NCBI RefSeq assembly: GCF_009914755.1
Contig: NC_060941.1
Length of the DNA: 64,000 nt
Direction: 5' to 3' (one strand)
Source of the DNA: the human T2T-CHM13v2.0 reference genome, Homo sapiens
Shown here: positions 43,329 to 58,088 of the stretch, one piece after another
Numbering within the stretch: the stretch's first letter is position 1
Layout: every line of letters begins with the position of its first letter
Position numbers and translations under genes: made by a program
Notes under the pieces: generated by a model
Told to the model about the DNA's origin: nothing
Databases searched by the model: none
What the model saw: only the letters and a program-made list of their open reading frames with translations

Positions 43329-44897
43329 TTGCCAATTAGGAATGGGAGCCTTGCTCACAGCCCCACGCGAGCGCCTCCCAGGTGTGTGCGTGCCCAGCAA
43401 GCTTGGACGGGGTGAAGCATTGGCAGGGAGGACAGTGCTGGCACGGAGTGAACACGAACTTTCATACCAAGTCTAGAGAACATACATGAGTTTAGAAAAT
43501 AAACAAACCAGACAGACAGATTTACATTTGGCAAAATGATGTGAAACACAAATGGACAGATGGAAGCCAGGCCAGGAGCGGGAAGGCAGGGAGTGAAGCA
43601 GCCCCTGGGCCCCAGCAGCTCCAGTCCAGGCCTAACTGGCAGGAGGCTGGCCCCGTGGTCAACGCTCCCTCCTCCACGCTCAGGCAGGAAGGGGGTCTTC
43701 CCTGGGCCTGCGCAGGAGAAGCAGGGGAACTGATACTGCCTCTTTTGGTCTCACTGAAAATGAAGAGGCCTGGGCAGTGTCTTTAGAACAAACTAAATAG
43801 AAAATGACTCAAGAAAGCCCTTTGAAGGGCTGGAGAAAGTATCTCTAGAGAATTCCAGCTTCCCCTGCCACAAGCTTGTGTGGGGCCAGAGTGTGCTTGG
43901 ACTGTGTCTTGCACAGGCTGATGGAGAGTGGCAACCACAGAGGTCGTGTGGCTCCAACGCCTCCAGCCACGTCGCTGAGCGAGTAAAGCACTGGACCCGT
44001 GATGTGGCTGTTCTGAAGCTGAAGTGAGTCTTCGTTCAGGGAATGTTTAAGAGGATTCAAACAACACGATGTGAAGGACAATTTCTGTCGTGAAACCCGG
44101 AGGGGACATTTGACTCAGTCCGCTTGGGCAAGATGTGGATTTTAGAAAAGCAGTTTTTGGAGCCCTTGAACGGGCACACTAACTAAAAAGGCACTCGGTG
44201 CTTAAAGTGTGATTAACATGATCCTGTGTAAGGCATTACCTAGATTTGGTTTAGCATCATGAGGAGGAATAAGGGGCACTCTGACAACCTGATCACCTGT
44301 GAAGTTACAGCTCCAGGGAGCATAGAGGAGCCCTAACTCGACCTCTCCGTTGGGATCCAAATCCAGTAGTATGTACAATGCAACTGGTAACCCAAAGCTC
44401 ACTGGATCACAGAGCCATTCCCTAGCCTCTGAAACGCTGGCTTTCACATTCCTCTCTGATCCTAGCTGAAACACATTTCTTCTGAGGAGCTACAGCTTCA
44501 CTTTTAAAGGGCGCAGGCAATCCTTCCAAGACCTTCGTAGAGAGGTGGTGTCTGTCTGCTCAAACTTCCTGTTGATGAAAACAAGACTGGGCCACCTGAC
44601 ATGGTACCTGCAAGGCCGTGATGTGGGGTGGAGAGTGGTTAGGCCAAATCGTTAAGTTTTGCTTCTTTCTTCCTATCCTAATACTCTCACTCAGAGCAAG
44701 GCTGGCTCATTGCAAAAAGCTCAAGGACTCTCCCAGGCCTTCTTACTTCCTTCAGCAACTGGTCTCCAGCACTAGCACACCCCAGGCCTTCTTGGCAGGA
44801 ACTGCAGGGCAGGAGATGGGTGTACCAGGGTGAGAGCAGGGGTAAGAGCACAGGGATCGTCTCCCACCAAGTTCATGTTCAGCAGACTGACACTCAC

Positions 44898-45008
44898 CAG
44901 GTAAGCAGACCTCAGAGCACAGCTTATTGTCCAGTGCTTTCACGCTTGCGATGTCAAAGTCATTGTTATTGTCACACTCCATACCTAGAAATGCGCACGT
45001 CCTCTGGC
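44898..45008 (-). CDS. RNF157: RNF157 coding exon (18): QRTCAFLGMECDNNNDFDIASVKALDNKLCSEVCLP
   Basis: CCGTTACAG|GC acceptor; CTG|GTGAGT donor; 111 nt, phase 1-1. Confidence 0.9.
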
Positions 45009-46825
45009 CTGTAACGGAGTTAATGCAGTTAGAGAGGGGCTGGCTGTGTTTTTCTCTGCGTTGCTGTCCTTAAAATAAAAATCTTAAGGATGGAGACAAA
45101 AAAAATCAAATCATATGTTAAAAAAAAGACAATAATTAAGCGGATAAAGAGTGGACAAGAAAGGAATCACGTTGTGTGGGCATGTCTGTGTTCTCGCGCT
45201 TTCCTGCTGTTTCCCTAGAGCCCTTTCTGTCTGCTGCTCCCTAACAAGTCAGATCACTGAGGAGGGCTGTGGGACACAGGCTCAACAGAGAATACTAGAG
45301 CGAGCAGAGCTGGGCAGAGGCCAGGCTGGTGAGGCTGCGACCAACCAGCAGAAGCTAGGGAGCGCCAGTGGGGAGGTCATCCTGCTCATGCCTGCATCTG
45401 CCTTGGGTGTGAGCTGGGTGTGTTTAGGACCACATGGCTCTGCAAAATAAGTACATGAAACAACAACTAAAGGTCTTAGGGTCCATAATTTTGCATATCA
45501 AATCAGAATGACTACATTCACAAAATTATGATTTCCTTCTTTATGAGACCTGAGTTGTTATTTTCAGTGTGTTTTAAGTGGCTAACCAGAAATCTACAGA
45601 CATGTAAGAAGGGAAGGGAAAAGTTTTAAAAGTTGTTTTTTATCAAGCTCCCCTCTTTTTTTCTCAGTGAAACAGAGAGAAGAAAACAAATCCATTCCAC
45701 GGGCTAGGGAATGTCGGTGAAACAACCTGGCCACACCGCACTTCTTAGAAGCAAATATTCTATGGGAGAAACAATCACAAGGGGTAACTCTAGAGCCTCA
45801 AGCACTGAAGTCATCAACTGAGTTGGTGACACTCCAAACCCCCTTGGGCTGGGGTGCAAGAGCTGACGGACGCAGCCTTGGCGGCCACCTTCTCCTTCAA
45901 GCTCCTTGGCCAGGTGGGAGCCGTCAGGTCCACATGCACACCTCCAACACTTCCCAAGCGATGGCCAGCGCTAAAGCAGAAGCAATAGGATGACATCTGC
46001 TGGTGCGTCTGTATCCAGGCCGGGCATACGTGTGCTCTGGAGGTGCCCCTGAGGGAGGGGCCTCAGAGCAGCAGGGGGAAGAGTCTGGCTCCTGGAACAC
46101 ATAGTGTTCCCTGCTTGGGGGAGACTTTCCTGCCCTCCTTCTTCCTCCTACGTCCTTGCTCTGTGGGCCATTCCTTCTCTTCTAGCCTTACTGGAAACAA
46201 CATTCTTCCAACTGAAGATGTAACTGAGGCCTGAATTATGGTAAAGGAAGATTATTACAACAGCCTTTAAAATACTTGCCTAAGCTGAGCTCCTGAAGAA
46301 ACTTGGACCTGTCTCCTTGACCACGCCTTTAGTACGTCTGCCGGCCCGAGAGTCCTCTTTTACAGTAATGTTGACCATATTCCTAACTAAAGCAAGACCT
46401 GACCAGCTGCCAAATAGTCCTCCCCCTCCCCCCAGTGGAAGAAATGGCTACTGCTATTCAACACTGAGAATGCCAGAACAGCTCTGTGGGGCTCCACTGA
46501 AAACCTGCAGCAGGGAGGCTGATGATGGGAGCTGCTTAGAGAGCTTCCGAATCTACTTCAGGTAAATATGGACCTGTATGTATCTCCTGCAGCACCCGCA
46601 CCTGACATCCATGGCTCTGAGGCCCAGAAAGAGCTGAGGAGGTCATAGAGATCATCAATGCTCTGCTTGCTTTGATGTACCATTAAGAAGACGATCTTTC
46701 CTCTAACAGCCCCATACAACTGAGCAGCGCCACCACGTCATACCGGTACCCTTTTCTTTACCCCTTAAAGAATACCCAGGAAAGAAAGATAACTAAAGGA
46801 AGTAAAGGACCAGATCTTTTACCAC

Positions 46826-46871
46826 CTTCCTGCGTGGGTGATCCATCCTCTTCCTCTATAACATCATTTCC
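46826..46871 (-). CDS. RNF157: RNF157 coding exon (17): GNDVIEEEDGSPTQE
   Basis: CCTTCCTTCTGTCCTAG|GGA acceptor; donor AAG|GTGGTA, with an alternative GT 3 nt further; 46 nt. Confidence 0.87.
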
Positions 46872-47794
46872 CTAGGACAGAAGGAAGGCCCTGTGAGTCT
46901 ATGAAGCGGCAAAATGAGTAAACTGATTGGCTGAAGACAGAACTAATCATCCTACTGGTATCTAACTCCAGGGCCTACGTTAATAGCATATATTTCCATC
47001 TGTGTTTAATATGCCTCAGAGGCTGAGTAGAGGCAGATCTTGCTTGGAGAGGCACCATCTGCCTACAGGGATTAGATCCGAGCCACATTACCCATATATG
47101 CTCAGAATGGTCTGTCAGGAACACCCTTGTTAATAGTTTAGCTGATACTGTTTCTCTAAGGTGGAAGTAAAAATTACTAAATGAAAGAGCAAATTGTGAG
47201 ATCATAAGACTTTCAGAAATCCCTTAAGATCCCAAACCCCATCCAGATCCTCCATTGACAGGAGTTGGCTCAAGAAGAGTTCTAGGGCTCTCACTGTGAG
47301 CTGGCGTTCCACAGCACACCATGGTCAGGGCACGTCTCACACTGAACTGTGGTCCTGTCTGCCTGCTAGACTGGGCTCCTAGATGGGTGCAGTGGGCTGG
47401 GGGTAGGCAGAAACCTCACCACACAGGTCTGTATAGGTCTATATGTGCCCTAGCACCAGTAGAGCACCTGTGACACAGTCCTCCATGTAAATACTAGTGG
47501 AATGAAGGACAATATATTCTCAAGGCCAGGGGCTGGCCAGAAAAGTTCCCTCTTGAACTCACTCCACACCAGTGACCCTGGGAACCAGTGGCCCCACTCA
47601 CTGGACAGTCCACAGGCCCGGGAGCAGCTGCTCTCATCTCTACCCACATTCCACTTCTCACTGATCTAGGCATGTCCCCTAGGAAGGCTTCGTCAGCGCA
47701 GCCTCCTGGCCCTGGTCCTTACTGGCATCCCCAGCCAAGGCCAGCACTCCTCTGGTTGTGGGAAGGGGGCACCACTCCGTGCTGTTGGGGTTAC

Positions 47795-47860
47795 CTCTGC
47801 ATCCTGCTCTCCAGCTGGGAGGCCAGCAAAGTTGCTGTCTGGAGACTCCGCTGGCAGCCC
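47795..47860 (-). CDS. RNF157: RNF157 coding exon (16): GLPAESPDSNFAGLPAGEQDAE
   Basis: CTCTTCTGCAG|GGG acceptor; GAG|GTAACC donor; 66 nt, phase 0-0. Confidence 0.88.
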
Positions 47861-48104
47861 CTGCAGAAGAGCACAGTTTTTACAGGCTCTTCCATAAAGG
47901 TCTCGTGACAGCAAACCCAAACCTTCTTCAGAACAAAATTGGTGTCAAATAGGAGGGTCAGACCTAAGGGAATGCCTTGTTTTCTGCAGCACTCCTGGCA
48001 TTTTGGGGGCTTTGCAGCCATGCATGGCAGACCTTTGGTTATGCTACTTTGGACATGTGCACAAAGAACAGAGAAGCCAGGGCGGTTCCCGTCCCTTCCC
48101 TTAC

Positions 48105-48277
48105 CTCTCCTTCTTCTGAGGGGGCCCTGCTGGCAGGCTGGGGGGAAGAGAGAGCCTCTCCCTCCTCTTCAGTGCCAGGGGCGATGTAGGAGCCAGACAT
48201 GGAGGAGACGGTGTCAGTGCTGATCTGGGAGGATGCCATGGACATGACAGACTGGGCCAAGCTGCTGCTGGCAGGGC
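48105..48277 (-). CDS. RNF157: RNF157 coding exon (15): PASSSLAQSVMSMASSQISTDTVSSMSGSYIAPG...SEEGE
   Basis: CTGTCTCCAAAG|GC acceptor (AAG type); GAG|GTAAGG donor; 173 nt. Confidence 0.9.
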
Positions 48278-48752
48278 CTTTGGAGACAGGGGATGGGGAA
48301 AGGAGCCTGGAGGTCAGGCAGGGCTTCTGCAAGCTTTCTGGGGAGCAGAGCCCTCTCCCTGCATTCAGGCATTGAGGAGTGAAGTGGCCGTATCTTGCCC
48401 TCCCCTAAAAGTGGTTTTAGGTTTATGGTTTTCCAAAATTCTGCTCCTTTATATTTTAGAGCTCAGAACTCAGCCTTGGGGACAAGACATTTGCTTTTCC
48501 CTGTCATAATGCTAAAGGAAACCTCATTACAGGAGGACTGGGGCTGAGAGAATTAACACCCCACTAGCTACAGGCAAGCCTGCTATCCCATGGTAGGAAA
48601 GCAAGTCCTCTTCCCTCTCAAGCCAGGGCCTACTTGTCATGCAGTACAGGTATTAGCTTGCCACTCCCATGTCCCTTCCCGGAAGAAGCACCAGGACACT
48701 GTGGGCTGGGTAAGGGGGAAGGACATGCAGCCACTCCCCGCTCCTTATGTAC

Positions 48753-48864
48753 CTTCTGGGGAGGAAATAGTGGATGACAGAGGCGTCCCTGTGCAAGACG
48801 ACTGGTCAATAGCTCCAGATGACGACAAGGTGAGATTCTCACTTTCTGGAGTCACACCACATTC
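48753..48864 (-). CDS. RNF157: RNF157 coding exon (14): ECGVTPESENLTLSSSGAIDQSSCTGTPLSSTISSPE
   Basis: CCCCAG|GAA acceptor; AAG|GTACAT donor; 112 nt. Confidence 0.9.
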
Positions 48865-49483
48865 CTGGGGGTTGTGGGGGGACACAACAGGACATGGAGC
48901 AAGCGCCAGTCACCTGTGCTGGAGGAAGGGGTCAGGGCGGAGGTCTGGGTAGAGATGAGGAGGAAAGGCGACACTGGGAGGGACTGAGTGGCATGCAGAG
49001 GCCGCAGCTTCTCTCTTCCGTCCTCACTTCAGCCCAAGCCTGGAATGACTGCCTCCCAGGGGAGGCGCACACTTCAGTCAACACCTCCTGCCCAGGGCAC
49101 AGCATCTGCTGCGGCCATACAAAGACTGCAGCTCGGGTGACACAGGTCACCCTGCAGCTGTGACATGGGGACACCCCAGGTTTCCCCAGGATTATGATCA
49201 GCTTTCCTTCTGCGGCAAAAGCATACAAAGCCAGCAGAGGACTTCCTGCCTGCAGGGTATCTCCACGTGGACCCCAGTTAATTCCTGCCCAGCTGCTTTC
49301 TGATACAAACACCACCTTGCTCCCCAGCCTGCTGCTCCTCCCACACCCCCACCTCCGATCCCAGCCCCGACCTGTCAGGCATCTGGGTGCACAGCCTCAC
49401 CCGTCCAAGATGGATGCAAAGTTCTACGAACTGTATCTCCATAATCCCTTCCCTTCCCTCCAGGCGCTCCTCTTTTGTCTTAG

Positions 49484-50790
<1,307 letters not shown>

Positions 50791-50935
50791 CCAGTGAAAC
50801 CTTTGCCACTGCCTCAGAGGGTGCTGACAAGGTGTTTGATGAGTGAATGAGAGCAGAGGGACCTGATGAGGCATGCAGGTAGGAGGGAAGTCCCTGGAGT
50901 ACAACACCCAAGAAGAGGAGAGGAATGTCAATTAC

Positions 50936-51044
50936 CTCTCCGAGATGCTGAACCGACAGTCTCTGAGAGAGCTGTGTCTCCGACTCGCTGCAGGAATGCT
51001 CATCTTCCTCTTCATGCAGCACGGAAGAGTTTTGGGAAGTGGAT
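50936..51044 (-). CDS. RNF157: RNF157 coding exon (13): STSQNSSVLHEEEDEHSCSESETQLSQRLSVQHLGE
   Basis: CTCCTACAG|A acceptor; GAG|GTAATT donor; 109 nt. Confidence 0.9.
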
Positions 51045-51877
51045 CTGTAGGAGTCCAGTGGAAAAGCAGCTATATCCAACGTCCATTTAAAGAACAGAAC
51101 TTACTGCAAGGGGAGCTGAGGGGAAAACCCAAATATTTTTTGCTTGTTTATTTTTTGAGACAGCATCTCATTATGTTTCCCAGGCTGGGCTGGGACTCCT
51201 GGGCTTCAGCGATCCTCTTGTTGACGCTTTAACAGAGGAGGAGTACAGCCTCCTGAGTAGCCGAGTAGGTCTGGGCTAACTTGCCTGGCTCGAAACCCAA
51301 ATCTTAAGTAGGACTAGGGAAATAGAACCAGAGAGGGATGGAGACCTCTTTTGGGTGTCAGAAGCGCTAAGTTTTACTTTTAGCTCCTCTGATGACTTGC
51401 TATCTAAACTTGGGAAAAACCACTGCCATTTACAGGGTCTCAATATTTTCATCTGTAAAATACCCTCCCCTTTACTCTGCCACAGAAACCTTGTCATGAT
51501 TTGTGCCTAGCTGGATTTAGATGTTTAAGAGATACGGATCACAAGGTTCCTTCAGTCTTCGGACTAAGCAATGCTCCCAGGGGCCTAGAAGGCCCTATCC
51601 ACAGTGTTCAACATCCTCTTCCCTATATCCCATCCCCTATCCTTGAAAGAAAAAAAGAATACATAAGAGATTTGTCTCATCAGAGTTTTCTTAAGTACCT
51701 ACATACCATCTTATTTTCATCTCTTAATGGATGGGATAACCTTCACGCAAGCAGCTCTGGGAACAGCCCAGAGGGTTACTCTGCCCTAAGTCCCCAGGAT
51801 GTGGGCCAGCACCAAGGAGGGATGAAGCATTTCATCAAGGATTCCGGGGGCAACAGTGTGGAGCACTGGCTACTCAC

Positions 51878-52116
51878 TTGGAGAGACTCTTTTTGAGTTT
51901 GAGTCCCTGACTGCTGCTGTCAGACAGGCGGTCAAGAGGCGAGATCGTCCTGACGGGGGGCAGGTGGCCATCACTGCCATATGAAGGGAGCATTCCTGAG
52001 AGGTGGCCATCTCCAAGCACGTGAAGTGGAGGAACTGCTGGGGACGGGGTGAGGGGCCCGTTGAGGGCCTCCAGAAGAGATACTACTTCATAGCCTGGTG
52101 GAATATTCTCTGAGGA
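51878..52116 (-). CDS. RNF157: RNF157 coding exon (12): SSENIPPGYEVVSLLEALNG...KLKKSLS
   Basis: TTCCCCTAG|TCC acceptor; CAA|GTGAGT donor; 239 nt, open frame. Confidence 0.92.
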
Positions 52117-52299
52117 CTAGGGGAATCAGAGACAGGTTGAAAAATTAATTAGGTCCTTTTTGTTTTATGACGTGATCATGCTACTTCTCTACACTGAAAA
52201 AAATGTTTTATATCTGTTCTTGGGGGGGTCTGGTAAGAACAACTGTACTAGAGGCAGAGATAAAATATCAAAGAATCACACACTGTAGATCCTGCTTAT

Positions 52300-53560
<1,261 letters not shown>

Positions 53561-54077
53561 CAGTGCGTTAGTCTAAAGAAAGACAGTATCTGCTGCTCTC
53601 TAACTGCAAAGCTTTGAGGTTTCACCCTAATATCAGCACTTACACTAGGAAACTGAAGTCAGTTACTTTATCTCAGGCACTGAGGCCACAAAACAGGATA
53701 AAGAAAAACAGTTACTTTCTTCGAGGATTCAAATAAAGATAATAAATTGTATTTAAATCCAAAATAATCGTCCCATTGTTTCTGCCTGGGGGAGTTCAAG
53801 TTGAACCTCACTGGAGTGAAACTGCAAGCAGATGGCTCTAGGAATGGTAAACATTAACTGGACACCAAGTTCCCAAGGAGGAAAAGGGAGGTTTTCAGTA
53901 TTCAATTTTCCACAGTAATAAGTTGGTTTTAACGCATGCTCTCAGCCGGCTTGCTAAATACTGCAGCATGCCCTGGTCTAATTCCTTGCTGCAATGCCAC
54001 GTAGAGAAGCATGAAAAGTTTAAAAAAGCCAATGAGGCATTTGCTTCAGAGGGGCCGTGGTTCCGAGCCCAACTTAC

Positions 54078-54190
54078 TGGATGCTCTTCAGAGTCAGATG
54101 TCTGGGATGAGATGATGGGGTTAAAGCTGGTTGGGGACAAGGGGCCCAATTTTTTCCTCATGGCTCGGATCTGAAGCAGTGCCCGGAAGG
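54078..54190 (-). CDS. RNF157: RNF157 coding exon (11): FRALLQIRAMRKKLGPLSPTSFNPIISSQTSDSEEHP
   Basis: TCTCCTTCACAG|CC acceptor; CCA|GTAAGT donor; 113 nt. Confidence 0.94.
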
Positions 54191-54385
54191 CTGTGAAGGA
54201 GAAAACAGGCAATCAGGACATCCTGATACAGGATTAAGAATGAACAAGAGCCCAGACAGAAACCATGATCCCTCCCAGCGCGCATCCGTTTGTCAGATCC
54301 AGCAGCAGCACATGCTTCAGTGTTTTGTAAATGTCCTCTTGTCCCCTCTCCCACCCACCAGTCCCCCTGCCGCTCTGGGGCTTAC

Positions 54386-54545
54386 GCAGTCGGCAGATGG
54401 GGCAGTTGTTGGCCTGGTAGCGCAGCGTGTCTGCACAGGTGTTACAGAGGCAGAGGTGGCGACAGGGCAGAATCAAGGTGTCCCGGACATCCGAGAGACA
54501 CACCACACACTCGGCACTGTTATCACTCACTTCGTCTTCAGCCAC
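54386..54545 (-). CDS. RNF157: RNF157 coding exon (10) encoding the RING finger CVVC...CRHLCLCNTC...CPIC
   Basis: RING-HC Cys/His spacing; CAG|GTG acceptor; TGC|GTAAGC donor; 160 nt. Confidence 0.96.
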
Positions 54546-55094
54546 CTGGCCAAGGAGAAAGAAATGTAGCCAATGGCACAAAGCCCTTCCTGTCCCATAC
54601 TTTACTGACAAGGCAGCGTGGCTGAAGAGCTAAGATAAGTAATAATTACGAACAAAATCTGCATTGACATTGGACTTTGTCATTTTCCCAGTGCGTCCAC
54701 ACACTTAGCTTCACTTCTTCTGGGAAGTGTTTATCTAAAATTGAGAGGACGAGACTAACCACTCGAGCTCCTCCTATAAGGCCCAGAGCTGGGCCTCTCA
54801 AATCTCAGCTGAAGGGACTTAGGGGATCACACAGATAAAGGAAAAGGAGCAAAGAAAGGGCCCTGGTGGAAACCGAGTTGGACAGAGCTCTGTGGCAGAA
54901 CAAAGCCAAACCAGCCTACTTTTCTCATTTCCAAAGTGGTAAAAGCGTAATGATCTGAAATGAGGAACAAGAAAATACCCTTCTAAGACCTAACTGATTT
55001 CAGAGTTTGGCACGCTAAATTTCTGGACGCTGGCTTACGATTTCTCACTTGGCCTCCTGGAAAGAGTACATTCAGAATTTTGGGTAAAACTTAC

Positions 55095-55166
55095 CTTAGA
55101 ATCTTGTGTGTTGTACTTGTTTTCAATTCCATAGATCTCCTGAAGGAGGTAGCTGACCCCGTCTAC
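55095..55166 (-). CDS. RNF157: RNF157 coding exon (9): VDGVSYLLQEIYGIENKYNTQDSK
   Basis: TGCTGTTCAG|GTA acceptor; AAG|GTAAGT donor; 72 nt; family motif YLLQEIYGIE. Confidence 0.94.
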
Positions 55167-55681
55167 CTGAACAGCAAACAGAAAGGTTCAAGGACAGGCT
55201 GTCTCTACTGAGAGACAAGAGTGGGAACTCCCTCCAATCTTACCTCTTTTGGTAACCAAGGACTACCGATTCATAATGAGAAAAAAAATCAAAGGCCTGG
55301 ATAAGTAAAAGATGCTTTTATTTACTTATGTTTTCTCTTTGAGAGAAGAAAGAAAATCAAATATTTAATTCACCCATCATTATATACAACAGGGAACATA
55401 AAATTTCACAAATACAATAATAATACTTGCACTGCAGCATACTATTATGGACAATTAAGAAGGCACAGACTAGAAAAAGGATGGAAGGGCATGCATTAAA
55501 ATCTAGGCATTTGCTATATAATCCAATTTGAGTTCAGACATTATACAAATAAAGGAATGGAAAAGAGAAAGAAAAAGAAGAAGAAGTTGGCAAGGAAAAA
55601 GATGGGAAGGGAAAATATGGATGCAAAGGGCGATAGCAAGACCTTGAGGGAGAGGCTAATGGTGTGTACCCCACACCATGA

Positions 55682-55900
<219 letters not shown>

Positions 55901-57290
55901 TAATTTTTGTATTTTGTGGTAGAGACGGGGTTTCACCATGTTGACCAGGCTGGTCTCAAACTCCTGACCTCAAGTGATCCACCTGCCTCAGGCTCCCGAA
56001 CTGCTAGGATAACAGAGATGAGCCATCAAGCCCGGCCAGCCCTGTTTCTTAAAACCCCAACTACCAAGGCCCAATCCCACTCCCATTAACCTGGGCCATG
56101 TCAGTGTCTAAGTTGGCCCTGCCCCATTTACTTTTAGGAGCACACTCTTCTGCCTCACCTCTGTTTCTTAGCCATCCCTTCCCCTAAGACATAGCCTGTC
56201 GCTGATTTTATATCCCACTCTCCGTTTTAACAGTCTGTTGCTAATGCCAATCTAACAAGAGGAAAATGGACAAACCATCTTCCTCTAGCTACACGAGCCT
56301 TTCCATCCCATCCAGGCCTCCTGGAGAACCAGGCCTTCCCCCATGAGGCAACTCACCAAGGCCTGGCCTGCCCAGGTAGTGCCCTGGGCCTGAGCCCAGG
56401 ATCTGTTTCCTCCTCTGCTGCTCTTAAAACTTGTTTTCATGCAGTGATTATATTGGAAAACTAATTTATCCTAAGATATTCTTATTATTGACCTCATTAA
56501 AAGAGAGGCGAGTAATTAACCTAAAAGAACGAACAGTGTAGAATTTCAGGTATCTATCACCCATCTACAGGAAGGCTTTTCTTTGCATCTCGAGGAAGCC
56601 CAACCCTGCCTCCTACCCAGCTGCTCTACACCCTCCGTGAGATGACCTGCCCCTCACCCACCCTCCCTTGCCAATGCCACTGGCACCACTCTCTCTCCTC
56701 CCAGTGATGTCTCCTCCTACCTCTACAAGAGTGGAAAGAAAAGTGCTGGCACATGGTAGGGGCTGGGACTTTCTAGCAGACATATGCACAAGGTGCTGAT
56801 CATTCTGGAAGAGGGAGAATGGATGGCTAACTTTGAATTTTAGAAAAGGAATGGATAAATTAAGCCAATGACTCTAATTACACTAAATTGGACCCTAATG
56901 CTTTATCCTTTCGCTTGAAATGTTTCTCACTCTGGCATTTTAAATAAAAAGAGTTCTCCCTAAACCCAATGTTGGGAAATAAATCTTGTTCTTTCATTTC
57001 TCAAGTCCTTTGCTCAGATAAAGGCTCCCTCAACACCAACACTTCTGGAACAATGAAGACCTCAAAAATCAGCATTCCTTTCAGGCCACCCAAGTCGTTT
57101 GTAATAGCTTGTAACATTCAAAAGCACTCCCTTTTTTTCTTTTCTTCTTTGATTAAAAAAAAAAAAAGAGGAAAAGGAGAGAGCAAAAAGTAAAACAAAA
57201 ATAAAAAAAGAGGGAGAGAGAAGAAGAAAGGAAAGAATAAAAGGAAGGAAGGACCCTAATACTAACAGTCTGTGGTCTTCAAATACTTAC

Positions 57291-57338
57291 TACTTGTTTC
57301 TGTTTGAGGGGCTTGACACAGAAAGTTCCATCTGTGTG
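57291..57338 (-). CDS. RNF157: RNF157 coding exon (8): HTDGTFCVKPLKQKQV
   Basis: TTTTCATTCCAG|CAC acceptor; GTA|GTAAGT donor; 48 nt. Confidence 0.92.
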
Positions 57339-57419
57339 CTGGAATGAAAATATGAAAGTTATGACAAGGAAGGGAGGGTAATAAAGCACCAGGTATTCTT
57401 CTGTTACATCTCCCAGTTA

Positions 57420-57739
57420 CAGTCGCCCTCCCTGATCTGCAGTTTCATTTTCCATGGTTTCAATTACCCGCCATCAACCACTGTCTGAAAATATTACATA
57501 CAATATTTTGAGAGAGAAAGATCACATTCAGACTTCTATTACCTTATAGTTATAATTGTTTTAGTTTACTATTATTCTTAGTCTCTTACTGTGCCTAACT
57601 TATGAATTAAACTTTATCATAGGTGTGGATGTAGTATGGGAAAAACCACAGTGTATATGAGGGTTCTGTACGATCTGCAGTTTCAGGCATCCACTGGGGG
57701 TCTTGGAACTTATCTCCTGAGGATAAGGGGGGACTACTG
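57420..57739 (+). mobile_element. MER44A-like (Tigger/TcMar) MITE
   Basis: Terminal inverted repeats CAGTCGCCCTCCCTGATC ... GATAAGGGGGGACTACTG flanked by TA duplications at 57418-57419 and 57740-57741. Confidence 0.85.
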
Positions 57740-58044
57740 TACACATGTTCCTGGACACTCTCAGAGCAGAATTATACAATCCTAATTCTTTAAAGGTCTT
57801 ATAATTATCCAGTCTAGCCTTTCTTTCTTTTATTTATTTATTTTTTTTGAGACAGAGCCTCACTCTATCGCCCAGGCTGGAGTGCGGTGGTGCCATCTCA
57901 GCTCACTGCAACCTCTTTCACCATTATAGCCTCTAAAGCCAGACCCATTCTGCTGAGCTCAGGCACCCAGCAAACGGGTTACATGTGTCTCACACGAAAG
58001 AAAGGGCTAAAGGCAATAAAGCGAGGCCCTCTAAAGTCACTCAC

Positions 58045-58088
58045 CTTCTCAAAAGTACCCAGCAGTACATGGCAATGGCCAAAATACT
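58045..58088 (-). CDS. RNF157: RNF157 coding exon (7): YFGHCHVLLGTFEK
   Basis: TTTCTTTCAG|AG acceptor; AAG|GTGAGT donor; 44 nt. Confidence 0.92.
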
